DNA of 64,000 nucleotides from Escherichia coli (GTDB lineage Bacteria; Pseudomonadota; Gammaproteobacteria; Enterobacterales; Enterobacteriaceae): NCBI RefSeq assembly GCF_041886205.1, contig NZ_CP169029.1; one strand, 5' to 3'. Shown piece by piece: positions 1 to 14,112 of this stretch (position 1 is its first letter; each line of letters starts with the position of its first letter). The notes under the pieces were generated by a model. It saw only the letters and a program-made list of their open reading frames with translations, ran no database searches and was not told where the DNA came from. The position numbers and the translations under genes were made by a program.

Positions 1-689
1 TTGCTGATGGCTATCCTTACCTTCTTGCTAACGAAGCCTCGTTACGTGATCTCCAACAACGTTGTCCGGCCAGTGTAAAAATGGAGCAATTCCGCCCCAA
101 TCTGGTGGTTTCCGGCGCGTCAGCCTGGGAAGAAGATAGCTGGAAAGTGATTCGCATTGGTGATGTGGTGTTTGATGTGGTTAAACCTTGTAGCCGCTGT
201 ATTTTCACCACCGTCAGCCCAGAAAAAGGGCAAAAACATCCGGCAGGCGAACCATTAAAAACGCTGCAATCTTTCCGCACTGCCCAGGATAACGGCGATG
301 TCGATTTTGGTCAGAATTTAATTGCCCGTAATAGCGGCGTGATTCGCGTTGGCGATGAGGTGGAAATTCTGGCAACGGCACCGGCTAAAATTTACGGCGC
401 AGCTGCCGCTGATGATACCGTCAACATCACGCAACAACCGGACGCCAATGTAGATATTGACTGGCAGGGTCAGGCATTTCGTGGAAATAACCAACAGGTG
501 CTGCTGGAGCAATTAGAAAATCAGGGAATTCGTATCCCTTATTCTTGCCGCGCGGGCATTTGTGGAAGTTGCCGTGTTCAGCTTTTAGAAGGCGAAGTCA
601 CGCCGCTGAAAAAATCAGCAATGGGCGATGATGGCACCATTCTTTGCTGTAGCTGTGTACCGAAGACTGCCCTTAAGCTGACGCGTTAG
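1..689 (+). CDS. ycbX: YcbX, MOSC-domain protein with C-terminal 2Fe-2S ferredoxin domain; C-terminal fragment, 5' end lies before the window
   Basis: ORF 81..689 in frame with window start; C-terminal CxxGxCGxC...CC cysteine motif typical of plant-type ferredoxin domain; synteny next to zapC/pyrD. Confidence 0.9.
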   Translation, partial: ADGYPYLLANEASLRDLQQRCPASVKMEQFRPNLVVSGASAWEEDSWKVIRIGDVVFDVVKPCSRCIFTTVSPEKGQKHPAGEPLKTLQSFRTAQDNGDVDFGQNLIARNSGVIRVGDEVEILATAPAKIYGAAAADDTVNITQQPDANVDIDWQGQAFRGNNQQVLLEQLENQGIRIPYSCRAGICGSCRVQLLEGEVTPLKKSAMGDDGTILCCSCVPKTALKLTR

Positions 690-1228
690 ACTGCCTGTTC
701 GAGGCTGAAGCTGTCAACATTCACCTGCGGTTTCAGCCTGTCGTTCATGATTTTAATGGCGTCGCCCAACTGCATCGCGCGACCCGCAATAACAACGCAG
801 GGTTGCGCCAGCAGACATAGCGCGGCATTCTCGCCAGATTCAACGACCAGTAAATTCACTTGCTCGTTAGTGTCGCTCAACCAAACGCAGGCCGCATCGC
901 CCGGCATTGGTGCCCACATTTCGCCATGGGAAACAAAATGCCAGCTTTTCGGCATTTGCGGTTTGAGATAACGAATTGCTACCAGTGCATTCAGCACCAG
1001 TTCGGCTTTTTGTTCTTTAGATAAATAAAAATCGCGGCACTTTTCTTCAAACGAGAAATAGAGCGCGGCATCGTCAACGCAAAAGCCTGCGGGAGAAAAG
1101 GCATCTGGAGTCAACATTTTGCGCGCAAAACGTGAGCGAAATAGCATACCATTGGCTAAATCGAGCATCATTCGATCGTGCTCTTCATCGTAATACCAAC
1201 GCCAGTTATCGTCTGGTTTAATTCGCAT
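686..1228 (-). CDS. zapC: Cell division protein ZapC (FtsZ-associated)
   Basis: ORF 686..1264; protein begins [24 protein letters not shown] at internal ATG (1228), 180 aa; stop overlaps ycbX stop. Confidence 0.9.
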   Translation of the reverse strand: MRIKPDDNWRWYYDEEHDRMMLDLANGMLFRSRFARKMLTPDAFSPAGFCVDDAALYFSFEEKCRDFYLSKEQKAELVLNALVAIRYLKPQMPKSWHFVSHGEMWAPMPGDAACVWLSDTNEQVNLLVVESGENAALCLLAQPCVVIAGRAMQLGDAIKIMNDRLKPQVNVDSFSLEQAV

Positions 1229-1329
1229 CTGCCTCTCCCCTACCCTATAAAACCGCAGCAACACAATCCATTGTCGCTTCGCTTAATAACCTCAACAATA
1301 AAAGTACAAAATGTCTAAATAAGCAACAG

Positions 1330-1369
1330 CGATGAATATAAAACAACCAGGGCTGAAAATAAAGCCCTG
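1330..1369 (-). terminator. Rho-independent terminator downstream of pyrD
   Basis: Inverted repeat cagggct/agccctg (1348-1369) followed on minus strand by T-rich run gttgttttatatt. Confidence 0.5.
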
Positions 1370-1401
1370 ATTATCTTATAAAGAGGAATTCGAAGAAATA
1401 A

Positions 1402-2412
1402 TTAGATATGGGTAACGATTTCTTTAATCAGCGGCGGACCTTTAAAAATAAAACCAGAATAAATTTGCACCAGTGAGGCACCCGCAGCAATCTTTTCACG
1501 CGCAGCGATAACCGAGTCGATGCCGCCAACCCCGATGATCGGTAAGCGACCGTTTAATTCCAGTGACAAGCGGCGAATAATTTCGGTGCTTTTTAACTGA
1601 AGCGGACGACCACTTAAGCCACCGGTTTGATCGCAATTTTTCATTCCCTGAACCAGAGAACGATCGAGTGTGGTATTGGTTGCAATAACGCCATCAATAT
1701 TATGGCGAACTAAACTATCGGCAACCTGGATCAATTCGTCTTCAGAAAGATCCGGCGCGATCTTCACTGCGATCGGCACATATTTATGGTGCATCGCTTG
1801 CAAATCATTTTGCTTATTTTTAATCGCGGTTAAGAGATCATCCAGCGCTTCACCATATTGCAGCGTGCGTAATCCTGGGGTATTCGGCGATGAAATATTG
1901 ATGGCGATATATCCCGCATAGGCATAGATTTTTTCCATACAAATCAGATAGTCATCTTTTCCCTGCTCCACTGGCGTATCTTTATTTTTGCCGATATTAA
2001 TACCCAGGACGCCGTCATAATGGGCCTTTTTTACGTTCTCTACGAGGTTATCAACGCCAAGATTATTAAAGCCCATACGGTTGATCAAACCTTCGGCATC
2101 TACCAGACGAAAGAGACGCGGCTTGTCATTACCTGGCTGTGGACGTGGCGTGACGGTACCGATCTCGATCGATCCAAATCCCATCGCGCCTAACGCATCA
2201 ATGCACTCCCCGTCTTTATCAAGACCGGCTGCCAGACCAAGCGGATTTTTAAACGTCAGGCCCATGCAGTTAACAGGTTTCGCAGGCACTTTCTGCCGCA
2301 CCAGTGCTTCAAACGGCGTTCCAGTAATGCGGCGTAATTGCTGAAAAGTAAACTCATGAGCGCGCTCTGGATCGAGCTGGAAAAGGGCTTTACGAACGAA
2401 GGGGTAGTACAT
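1402..2412 (-). CDS. pyrD: Dihydroorotate dehydrogenase (quinone), class 2
   Basis: ORF 1402..2439; real start at ATG 2412 ([21 protein letters not shown]), 336 aa; FMN-binding TIM-barrel motifs. Confidence 0.95.
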   Translation of the reverse strand: MYYPFVRKALFQLDPERAHEFTFQQLRRITGTPFEALVRQKVPAKPVNCMGLTFKNPLGLAAGLDKDGECIDALGAMGFGSIEIGTVTPRPQPGNDKPRLFRLVDAEGLINRMGFNNLGVDNLVENVKKAHYDGVLGINIGKNKDTPVEQGKDDYLICMEKIYAYAGYIAINISSPNTPGLRTLQYGEALDDLLTAIKNKQNDLQAMHHKYVPIAVKIAPDLSEDELIQVADSLVRHNIDGVIATNTTLDRSLVQGMKNCDQTGGLSGRPLQLKSTEIIRRLSLELNGRLPIIGVGGIDSVIAAREKIAAGASLVQIYSGFIFKGPPLIKEIVTHI

Positions 2413-2498
2413 GAACTCTCCTGGATTCCCGGTGTGCAAACCGGGGGCGTATTATGTGCGAGTTCGGACCAAAAGGGAATTGACCTGCGGCAAAAAAA

Positions 2499-2514
2499 AC
2501 GCAAACGTTTTCCG
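2499..2514. promoter_or_regulatory. PurR operator (PUR box) in pyrD upstream region
   Basis: acgcaaacgttttccg matches palindromic PurR consensus ACGCAAACGTTTTCNT; located about 90 bp upstream of pyrD ATG. Confidence 0.55.
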
Positions 2515-2522
2515 AACCTGTT

Positions 2523-3232
2523 TCAGGGCAGATTTTGCTCCTTCTTTGCACTCAACCCGCCGTAATCATTTATCGCCCGCCAGGCGACATGACACGGTGC
2601 TATTGCCTGACACCAGCTTGTCTGACGCTGGCTTTTAGGTGGCACAACTCCCGCATTACTTAACGCTTTACCATTTACGCTCACCTGAATCAGATTAATG
2701 TAGTAAGGCGTTGGGTTAGTGAGTTGCACACCCTGCGAATTCCGTGTCCAGCGTAATTGTTGATAAGCTTCCAGCGGGTCACCCGGCAAACCTTCGGGTC
2801 GCCAGAACAGTTTAAATACCGAGCGCATCGCCACTTTTACGCTCTGATTTTCGACTTTGCCGGATGGCACGCTGGCAATGCTTAACTCAAATAGCGTTTC
2901 GCGATCCACAGGCAAGATGTTGCTTTCCGTTCTCAGTAAGCGCAACGTGCCTGTAGTACCGGGCTTCAGGAGAATAAGTGGCGGAGCGGCCAGTAATGGT
3001 GCTGGCACTGTCGACGCTTCCCCCCGGCCCAACGCGTTGGGCGATTGATTTTACTGTTAATAAGCCAGGATTCCTGACTGGTATTAGTCAGTAAAATAGA
3101 TATCGATTCGCTGTCTGCCGGAAAGATAAATCGCGTTCCGCCGACCACCACTCCTGCCTGCAATTCACCCGCCACCAGCAGCGATAAAACGGCAAAAATC
3201 AAGAGCGCCAATCTGTTCCACGTATTAGTCAT
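2523..3232 (-). pseudogene. ycbF: Fimbrial periplasmic chaperone YcbF, disrupted by a frameshift in this sequence
   Basis: N-terminal chaperone domain (signal peptide, ...SWLINSKINRPTRWAGG) in ORF 2966..3259; C-terminal part (...PPLILLKPGTTGTLRLL...FKLFWRPEGLP) in ORF 2523..3032 in a different frame; junction at C6 run 3020-3025. Confidence 0.6.
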
Positions 3233-3740
3233 AATGAAGTACAAATGTCGCGCTGGCATTCACTTTACCCGACTGCACATCGCTATTAACAGGTCGCAAT
3301 TGCGCATAAAAAGTTAATGGCACCTTACCGCTATGTAGGCTGTAGTCTTTACTCGCCTGGTTAAGCGGAATCAACATCTTCGCATCATCCAGAATCGCAA
3401 TTGCCAGCCCGCTGGCTGCATCCGTACCACTTTCAATGGACAGCATTTCGCTCTGCACTCCGTCGGGGGTTCCTGAAAAGGTGACGTCAACCGTGCTGAC
3501 ATCTGTTCCGCAATCCTGCAAATTAATGATGAAAGATTTCTCCGGGCCATAATTCCCATGAGAAAAACGTGTCAGCGAGACATCGCCTAACTGCACATTG
3601 ATTTGCGTGCTATCCTGTGCTAGCACGCATGTATTACGGCGAAACGATCCGCTAATGTTGACCGTACCATCATGGGCAAATAGCTCACAGCCCCCCGTTA
3701 ATCCCAGTAAGCACAGAATCCAGATTATCCTTTTCAACAT
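3225..3740 (-). CDS. ycbV: Fimbrial-like subunit YcbV
   Basis: ORF 3225..3788; start at ATG 3740 preceded by GAAGGAG; signal peptide; fimbrial subunit-like C-terminus; elf operon synteny. Confidence 0.8.
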   Translation of the reverse strand: MLKRIIWILCLLGLTGGCELFAHDGTVNISGSFRRNTCVLAQDSTQINVQLGDVSLTRFSHGNYGPEKSFIINLQDCGTDVSTVDVTFSGTPDGVQSEMLSIESGTDAASGLAIAILDDAKMLIPLNQASKDYSLHSGKVPLTFYAQLRPVNSDVQSGKVNASATFVLHYD

Positions 3741-3747
3741 CACTCCT

Positions 3748-4290
3748 TCACTGGTAAACCAGATCAAAATAGAGAACCGCCGTCGCATTACCGCCCGTTG
3801 CTCCCGCCTTTGTGGACTTATAACGAAGTTGATATTTGAGTGTGTTATCCCCGGCTTTTAAGGGCGTAAGAGGCTGGACCTGATTGAGCGGGATTTCTTG
3901 CTGAGTTTGCGCATCAAGAATTTGTACGGCAATCCCCGTTGCCATACCACCGCTTCCGCCTGTGTCAGTTAGTTTGAGCAGTGTCGGCGCAAGGGTGTCA
4001 GCCTCGCCGCTAAAAAGGACGTCCGCGCCAGTAATACCAGCGGCACAACCGGTAATATCGATATTCAAATCAGCAGCAGTGCTTACGGTATTCGCGGCCT
4101 GAAAATCACTGATATTAAAATCACCAATATGAATATTTTGTAATGCACTTTTGGTGGCGACATCACAGCCCTGATCGACCACATTACCATAAATATGCAT
4201 ACTCACTTGTTCAGGCCCAGCCATCCCGATATGGATGTTAAGAAGGCTAAAGAACAAAATAACGCACTGATATATCATTTTTTTCTTCAT
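3748..4290 (-). CDS. ycbU: Fimbrial-like subunit YcbU
   Basis: 180-aa ORF with signal peptide and C-terminal pilin-like strand (LYFDLVYQ); elf operon synteny. Confidence 0.8.
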   Translation of the reverse strand: MKKKMIYQCVILFFSLLNIHIGMAGPEQVSMHIYGNVVDQGCDVATKSALQNIHIGDFNISDFQAANTVSTAADLNIDITGCAAGITGADVLFSGEADTLAPTLLKLTDTGGSGGMATGIAVQILDAQTQQEIPLNQVQPLTPLKAGDNTLKYQLRYKSTKAGATGGNATAVLYFDLVYQ

Positions 4291-4301
4291 ACGTTCACGC
4301 G

Positions 4302-7963
<3,662 letters not shown>

Positions 7964-7987
7964 CTCGCTCTCTTAACTGAAGACGGC

Positions 7988-8689
7988 TTACGATTTACAG
8001 TTGAGTTGCGGCGTTTCCGCCCCGTAGTCATTGATGGTTCGGTACGTCAGGCTGCTGTTTTTGGCACCCTTTGGCAGAGAGAATTGGTATTTATCAAAAG
8101 GGGAAATCATTTGATTTTTAACTACTTTCCCACCAATTTTCAGACCTGTCAGGGTAATGAAATAAGGTGTTGGGTTACTGACCGAAACCATGTCAGCTGA
8201 CGAAGTGCAACGTAGTTTTTCCGGAGCTTCATCTGGAGAATACGGCAAACCTTTTGGTCGCCAGAAAAGTTTAATGACGCTTTGCGTAGCAATCTTCAGG
8301 GTATTGCCCTCTTCCCGCTTCGTTGTTGAAGGGACCGCCCGTACGCTGGTGAAGAAAAGGGTTTCCCTGTCTTTCGCCAACGGCGCGCCAATATACATAA
8401 TGCGTAACAGATTCTCATTTGCTGGATTCAGCACAAATAGCGGCGGTGTAATAATAAAGTCCGCTGACTTTTTATTATCTGGTGTCATCACCCATGACTG
8501 AATAAGATAAGGAACATCCGGACTGGTGTTACGCACACCCAGTGAAATTTGCTCTTCACCTTCCGAATAAACAAGGCGCGTTGCAGCAAGTCCAACCCCA
8601 CCGTTGCCTGCCGCCCATGCGGACGAACAGCTTAGCAATATTGCCGTTAAACTTACGGTCACAATTCCCTTTGTTATGCAAGTTCTCAT
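7988..8689 (-). CDS. elfD: Periplasmic fimbrial chaperone ElfD (YcbR)
   Basis: 233-aa ORF with PapD/FimC-like motifs (LIQSWV, ITPPLF, RETLFF, KLFWRP). Confidence 0.9.
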   Translation of the reverse strand: MRTCITKGIVTVSLTAILLSCSSAWAAGNGGVGLAATRLVYSEGEEQISLGVRNTSPDVPYLIQSWVMTPDNKKSADFIITPPLFVLNPANENLLRIMYIGAPLAKDRETLFFTSVRAVPSTTKREEGNTLKIATQSVIKLFWRPKGLPYSPDEAPEKLRCTSSADMVSVSNPTPYFITLTGLKIGGKVVKNQMISPFDKYQFSLPKGAKNSSLTYRTINDYGAETPQLNCKS

Positions 8690-8772
8690 AAAAAATTACT
8701 CTTAGATAAATATAAACATCCCCTCTAATAAGTTTATTAAAGGGGGGATTAATGAATCGTTAAAAAATTTTA

Positions 8773-9315
8773 TCAATAATAGTTAATATGAAAATCTGTT
8801 ACTGCATTGACATTACCTGCTGTCGCTTTACCGGTAGCAATATAATCAACTTTAAAGGTCACTGTTTGCTCAGCAGAATCTGCTAACTGAATATTCGTGG
8901 TTTCAGTTCCAGGAGTCACCGTTGTTGACCCATCTGGCATATACAATTGTAGAGCAACATTCGTCGCTGCATCGGTGGAAGCTTGATTAGCAAATGCTGT
9001 AGGTTGCACACCATCAGCCGTACCACTGAAAGTAAAAGCAGCATTTTTAGTTACAGTAACATCACAATCTTCTAAAGCAATTGGTACATCAGTTTTAACG
9101 CCAGAGACTGCTCCATTACTTTGCAACTTCGTTGCACTGACATTTGGCAGTGTGACTACTGAATCTTTTGTCGCAGCAACTAACGTACAGGCTGGAGCAA
9201 TGACTTTACCATTAAACGTAACGGAGCCGTCCGTGATGGCATTATCATCGGCCGCCATAACGCTGGACGTTACACACACCACAGTGATAAAAGCCGTCAA
9301 TACACTTTTTTTCAT
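8773..9315 (-). CDS. elfA: Major fimbrial subunit ElfA (YcbQ)
   Basis: ORF 8773..9324; start assigned to second ATG (9315) with AGGA about 8 nt upstream; signal peptide; C-terminal pilin strand (VTDFHINYY). Confidence 0.85.
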   Translation of the reverse strand: MKKSVLTAFITVVCVTSSVMAADDNAITDGSVTFNGKVIAPACTLVAATKDSVVTLPNVSATKLQSNGAVSGVKTDVPIALEDCDVTVTKNAAFTFSGTADGVQPTAFANQASTDAATNVALQLYMPDGSTTVTPGTETTNIQLADSAEQTVTFKVDYIATGKATAGNVNAVTDFHINYY

Positions 9316-9324
9316 CGTTATCAT

Positions 9325-9670
9325 CCTGATTTGTTCGTAAATATGATAATGTCTTCAAATGACATTGGACTTAATAATAGCAATAATTATCCGCCATTTA
9401 AATGAAGCATACGCAATCCAATAGGTTACAAATCTTTAAATTATTTATTTCATGAATATATATTTATTACCTGAACGAGTAATACATTGATTAAACATGA
9501 ATTGAACAGCAAATAAATAAATCCACGTGATATATATGTCTCAATCCTTAGTTCATTTTTAGAAAAAGATACACAAAATTTATATTTGGCATTTTCTTGT
9601 CTCTCCGACAGACTAACCGAATTGTTATCGATGTTAACAAAATAAGAACAATTGGTTATAAGGAGAGAAT
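9325..9670. promoter_or_regulatory. AT-rich divergent control region: elfA promoter (minus) and ssuE promoter (plus, expected Cbl/CysB-dependent)
   Basis: 346-bp strongly AT-rich intergenic region between divergent operons; AAGGAGA ribosome-binding site before ssuE ATG; regulator assignments are from established knowledge, sites not individually resolved. Confidence 0.4.
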
Positions 9671-10246
9671 ATGCGTGTCATCACCCTAGCGGGTAGTCCT
9701 CGCTTTCCTTCTCGCTCCAGCTCCTTGCTGGAATATGCGCGGGAAAAACTGAATGGCCTGGATGTAGAGGTTTATCACTGGAATCTGCAAAACTTTGCCC
9801 CGGAAGATCTGCTCTATGCCCGTTTCGATAGTCCGGCGCTAAAAACTTTCACCGAACAGCTGCAAGAGGCTGATGGACTGATAGTCGCTACGCCTGTGTA
9901 TAAAGCCGCCTATTCCGGGGCGCTTAAAACCCTGCTCGACCTGCTGCCGGAACGCGCTTTGCAAGGCAAAGTGGTGCTGCCGCTGGCGACGGGCGGCACG
10001 GTGGCTCATCTGCTGGCGGTTGATTACGCACTTAAACCGGTGTTAAGCGCCCTGAAAGCCCAGGAGATCCTGCACGGCGTATTTGCCGATAACTCACAAG
10101 TCATTGATTACCATCACAGACCCCAGTTCACGCCAAATCTGCAAACCCGTCTTGATGCTGCGCTCGACACCTTCTGGCAAGCGCTGCACCGCCGTGATGT
10201 TCAGGTTCCTGACCTTTTTTCTCTGCGAGGTAATGTCCATGCGTAA
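9671..10246 (+). CDS. ssuE: NADPH-dependent FMN reductase SsuE
   Basis: 191-aa ORF; first gene of ssuEADCB. Confidence 0.9.
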   Translation: MRVITLAGSPRFPSRSSSLLEYAREKLNGLDVEVYHWNLQNFAPEDLLYARFDSPALKTFTEQLQEADGLIVATPVYKAAYSGALKTLLDLLPERALQGKVVLPLATGGTVAHLLAVDYALKPVLSALKAQEILHGVFADNSQVIDYHHRPQFTPNLQTRLDAALDTFWQALHRRDVQVPDLFSLRGNVHA

Positions 10247-11198
10247 CATCATTAAACTGGCGCTGGCGGGATTACTTAGCGTCTCTACACTCGCGGTTGC
10301 CGCAGAGTCTTCGCCAGAGGCGTTAAGGATTGGCTATCAGAAAAGCAACATCAGTTCAGTACTGGCGAAAAATTACCAAATGCTGGAAAAACGTTATCCG
10401 CAAACAAAAATCTCCTGGGTGGAGTTTCCCGCTGGCCCGCAGATGCTGGAGGCGTTAAACGTTGGCAGTATTGATCTCGGCAGTACCGGGGATATTCCGC
10501 CAATCTTTGCCCAGGCTGCCGGGGCTGATTTGGTATACGTGGGCGTCGAGCCGCCGAAGCCAAAAGCCGAAGTGATTCTGGTAGCAGAAAACAGCCCGAT
10601 CAAAACCGTAGCCGATCTTAAAGGCCACAAAGTTGCCTTTCAGAAAGGTTCCAGTTCACACAACCTTTTACTGCGTGCACTGCGTCAGGCCGGACTTAAG
10701 TTTACCGATATACAACCCACTTACCTGACACCCGCTGATGCCCGCGCCGCGTTCCAGCAAGGTAACGTTGACGCCTGGGCTATCTGGGATCCCTACTACT
10801 CCGCTGCATTATTACAGGGCGGCGTGCGGGTGTTGAAAGACGGCACCGATCTCAATCAAACCGGATCGTTTTATCTGGCAACTCGCCCCTATGCAGAAAA
10901 AAACGGCGCTTTTATTCAGGGCGTACTGGCAACCTTTAGTGAGGCCGATGCGTTAACCCGCAGCCAGCGCGAGCAAAGCATCGCTTTACTGGCAAAAACG
11001 ATGGGCTTACCGGCACCGGTGATTGCCTCTTACTTAGATCATCGCCCTCCTACCACCATCAAACCGGTTAACGCCGAGGTTGCCGCCTTACAGCAGCAAA
11101 CGGCAGATCTGTTTTATGAAAACCGACTGGTGCCGAAAAAAGTCGATATCCGCCAGCGCATCTGGCAGCCCACTCAACTGGAAGGAAAACAATCATGA
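10239..11198 (+). CDS. ssuA: Aliphatic sulfonate ABC transporter periplasmic binding protein SsuA
   Basis: ORF 10083..11198; start at ATG 10239 ([21 protein letters not shown] signal peptide) overlapping ssuE stop (ATGCGTAA); 319 aa. Confidence 0.9.
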   Translation: MRNIIKLALAGLLSVSTLAVAAESSPEALRIGYQKSNISSVLAKNYQMLEKRYPQTKISWVEFPAGPQMLEALNVGSIDLGSTGDIPPIFAQAAGADLVYVGVEPPKPKAEVILVAENSPIKTVADLKGHKVAFQKGSSSHNLLLRALRQAGLKFTDIQPTYLTPADARAAFQQGNVDAWAIWDPYYSAALLQGGVRVLKDGTDLNQTGSFYLATRPYAEKNGAFIQGVLATFSEADALTRSQREQSIALLAKTMGLPAPVIASYLDHRPPTTIKPVNAEVAALQQQTADLFYENRLVPKKVDIRQRIWQPTQLEGKQS

Positions 11199-12340
11199 GT
11201 CTGAATATGTTCTGGTTTTTACCGACCCACGGTGACGGACATTATCTGGGAACGGAAGAAGGTTCACGCCCGGTTGATCACGGTTATCTGCAACAAATTG
11301 CGCAAGCGGCGGATCGTCTGGGCTATACCGGTGTGCTGATCCCAACGGGGCGATCGTGTGAAGATGCGTGGTTGGTTGCCGCATCGATGATCCCGGTGAC
11401 GCAGCGGCTGAAGTTTCTTGTCGCCCTGCGCCCCAGCGTAACCTCACCTACCGTTGCCGCTCGCCAGGCCGCCACGCTTGACCGTCTCTCGAATGGTCGT
11501 GCGTTGTTTAATCTGGTCACAGGCAGCGATCCACAAGAGCTGGCAGGCGACGGCGTATTCCTTGATCATAGCGAGCGCTACGAAGCCTCGGCGGAATTTA
11601 CCCAGGTCTGGCGACGTTTATTGCAGGGAGAAACCGTCGATTTCAACGGTAAACATATTCATGTGCGCGGAGCAAAACTGCTCTTCCCGGCGATTCAACA
11701 GCCGTATCCGCCACTTTACTTTGGCGGATCGTCAGATGTCGCCCAGGAGTTGGCGGCAGAACAGGTTGATCTCTACCTCACCTGGGGCGAACCTCCGGAA
11801 CTGGTTAAAGAGAAAATCGAACAAGTGCGGGCAAAAGCTGCCGCGCATGGACGCAAAATTCGTTTCGGTATTCGTCTGCATGTGATTGTTCGTGAAACTA
11901 ACGACGAAGCGTGGCTGGCCGCCGAGCGGTTAATCTCGCATCTTGATGATGAAACTATCGCCAAAGCACAGGCCGCATTCGCCCGGACGGATTCCGTAGG
12001 ACAACAGCGGATGGCGGCGTTACATAACGGCAAGCGCGACAATCTGGAGATCAGCCCCAATTTATGGGCGGGCGTTGGCTTAGTGCGCGGCGGTGCCGGG
12101 ACGGCGCTGGTGGGCGATGGTCCTACGATCGCCTCGCGAATCAACGAATACGCTGCACTTGGCATCGACAGTTTTGTGCTTTCGGGCTATCCGCATCTGG
12201 AAGAAGCGTATCGGGTCGGCGAGTTGCTGTTCCCACATCTGGATGTCGCCATTCCGGAAATTCCCCAGCCGCAGCCGCTGAATCCGCAAGGCGAAGCGGT
12301 GGCGAATGATTTTATCCCCCGTAAAGTCGCGCAAAGCTAA
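11195..12340 (+). CDS. ssuD: FMNH2-dependent alkanesulfonate monooxygenase SsuD
   Basis: 381-aa ORF; start overlaps ssuA stop (ATGA). Confidence 0.95.
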   Translation: MSLNMFWFLPTHGDGHYLGTEEGSRPVDHGYLQQIAQAADRLGYTGVLIPTGRSCEDAWLVAASMIPVTQRLKFLVALRPSVTSPTVAARQAATLDRLSNGRALFNLVTGSDPQELAGDGVFLDHSERYEASAEFTQVWRRLLQGETVDFNGKHIHVRGAKLLFPAIQQPYPPLYFGGSSDVAQELAAEQVDLYLTWGEPPELVKEKIEQVRAKAAAHGRKIRFGIRLHVIVRETNDEAWLAAERLISHLDDETIAKAQAAFARTDSVGQQRMAALHNGKRDNLEISPNLWAGVGLVRGGAGTALVGDGPTIASRINEYAALGIDSFVLSGYPHLEEAYRVGELLFPHLDVAIPEIPQPQPLNPQGEAVANDFIPRKVAQS

Positions 12341-12351
12341 GGAACACGATG

Positions 12352-13143
12352 ATGCCAACGCCAGTGAAGAAGTGGTTATTGCGCGTTGCCCCCTGGTTTT
12401 TACCGGTGAGCATCGTAGTGGTGTGGCAACTGGCCTCCTCGGTTGGCTGGCTGTCGACGCGTATTTTGCCTTCACCGGAAGGAGTGGTGACGGCGTTCTG
12501 GACGCTCTCCGCCAGCGGTGAACTGTGGCAGCATCTGGCGATCAGTTCCTGGCGGGCGCTGATTGGCTTTTCAATTGGCGGATCGCTGGGCTTGATTCTG
12601 GGACTGATTAGCGGGCTGTCACGCTGGGGAGAACGGCTGCTGGATACCTCAATTCAGATGTTGCGCAACGTACCGCATCTGGCGCTGATCCCGCTGGTGA
12701 TTTTGTGGTTTGGCATTGATGAATCCGCAAAAATCTTTCTGGTGGCGCTCGGCACGCTATTCCCCATTTATATCAACACCTGGCATGGCATCCGTAATAT
12801 CGATCGCGGGCTGGTGGAGATGGCGCGTAGCTATGGGTTATCCGGCATACCGCTGTTTATCCATGTGATCCTGCCTGGTGCCCTGCCCTCAATTATGGTC
12901 GGCGTGCGTTTTGCGTTGGGCCTGATGTGGCTGACGCTGATTGTTGCCGAAACCATTTCTGCCAATTCAGGCATTGGTTATCTGGCGATGAATGCGCGGG
13001 AGTTTTTGCAAACGGACGTGGTGGTGGTCGCCATTATTCTTTACGCCCTGCTCGGCAAACTTGCTGACGTCAGCGCGCAGCTGTTAGAGCGCCTCTGGTT
13101 GCGCTGGAACCCGGCTTATCATTTGAAGGAGGCCACGGTATGA
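12352..13143 (+). CDS. ssuC: Aliphatic sulfonate ABC transporter permease SsuC
   Basis: ORF 12349..13143 with tandem ATGs; second ATG gives 263 aa; multiple transmembrane segments; AAGGA upstream. Confidence 0.85.
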   Translation: MPTPVKKWLLRVAPWFLPVSIVVVWQLASSVGWLSTRILPSPEGVVTAFWTLSASGELWQHLAISSWRALIGFSIGGSLGLILGLISGLSRWGERLLDTSIQMLRNVPHLALIPLVILWFGIDESAKIFLVALGTLFPIYINTWHGIRNIDRGLVEMARSYGLSGIPLFIHVILPGALPSIMVGVRFALGLMWLTLIVAETISANSGIGYLAMNAREFLQTDVVVVAIILYALLGKLADVSAQLLERLWLRWNPAYHLKEATV

Positions 13144-13907
13144 ATACTGCTCGTCTGAACCAGGGCACACCATTGTTGCTCAATGCAGTAAGCAAACATT
13201 ACGCGGAAAATATCGTCCTGAACCAACTGGATTTACATATTCCGGCAGGTCAGTTTGTGGCGGTGGTGGGCCGCAGCGGTGGTGGCAAAAGTACCCTGCT
13301 GCGCCTGCTGGCAGGTCTGGAAACGCCAACCGCAGGCGATGTGTTAGCGGGCACCACACCGCTGGCTGAAATTCAGGAAGACACGCGAATGATGTTTCAG
13401 GATGCGCGTCTGCTACCGTGGAAATCGGTGATTGATAACGTTGGGTTAGGCCTTAAAGGCCAGTGGCGCGATGCAGCGCGTCGGGCGTTGGCTGCGGTAG
13501 GACTGGAGAATCGCGCAGGGGAATGGCCTGCCGCACTTTCAGGCGGGCAGAAACAGCGTGTGGCGCTGGCAAGAGCGTTGATTCATCGACCGGGTTTATT
13601 GTTGCTTGATGAACCGCTCGGGGCACTGGACGCCTTAACGCGACTCGAGATGCAGGATTTGATTGTGTCACTTTGGCAGGAGCACGGCTTTACCGTACTG
13701 TTGGTGACGCATGATGTGAGCGAAGCGGTAGCAATGGCTGACCGGGTGTTGTTAATTGAAGAGGGAAAAATTGGTCTGGATTTGACGGTGGATATCCCCC
13801 GTCCGCGCCGGTTAGGGTCGGTGCGATTAGCGGAGCTGGAAGCGGAAGTGTTGCAACGGGTGATGCAGCGTGGGCACTCTGAACAACCGATTCGGCGTCA
13901 TGGTTAA
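13140..13907 (+). CDS. ssuB: Aliphatic sulfonate ABC transporter ATP-binding protein SsuB
   Basis: 255-aa ORF with Walker A (GRSGGGKST), ABC signature (LSGGQKQR) and Walker B (LLLDEP); start overlaps ssuC stop. Confidence 0.95.
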   Translation: MNTARLNQGTPLLLNAVSKHYAENIVLNQLDLHIPAGQFVAVVGRSGGGKSTLLRLLAGLETPTAGDVLAGTTPLAEIQEDTRMMFQDARLLPWKSVIDNVGLGLKGQWRDAARRALAAVGLENRAGEWPAALSGGQKQRVALARALIHRPGLLLLDEPLGALDALTRLEMQDLIVSLWQEHGFTVLLVTHDVSEAVAMADRVLLIEEGKIGLDLTVDIPRPRRLGSVRLAELEAEVLQRVMQRGHSEQPIRRHG

Positions 13908-13909
13908 TA

Positions 13910-14100
13910 TGCCGGATGTGCCGCACAAAACCAGCAGTTTCAACGGATTGTAGGCCTGATAAGACGCGTCAAGCGTCGCATCAGGCATTTGGGCACGGCT
14001 GCCGGATGCGGCGTGAACGCCTTATCCAGCCTACAAAACCAGCATTTTCAACGGACTTGTAGGCCTGATAAGACGCGTCAAGCGTCGCATCCGGCATTTT
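13910..14100. repeat. BIME/REP cluster (three REP palindromic units in alternating orientation) between convergent ssuB and pepN
   Basis: REP-like units at about 13950-13986, 14001-14034 and 14059-14095; units 1 and 3 are near-identical, unit 2 is the partner type. Confidence 0.75.
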
Positions 14101-14112
14101 GGCTCAAAAGTA

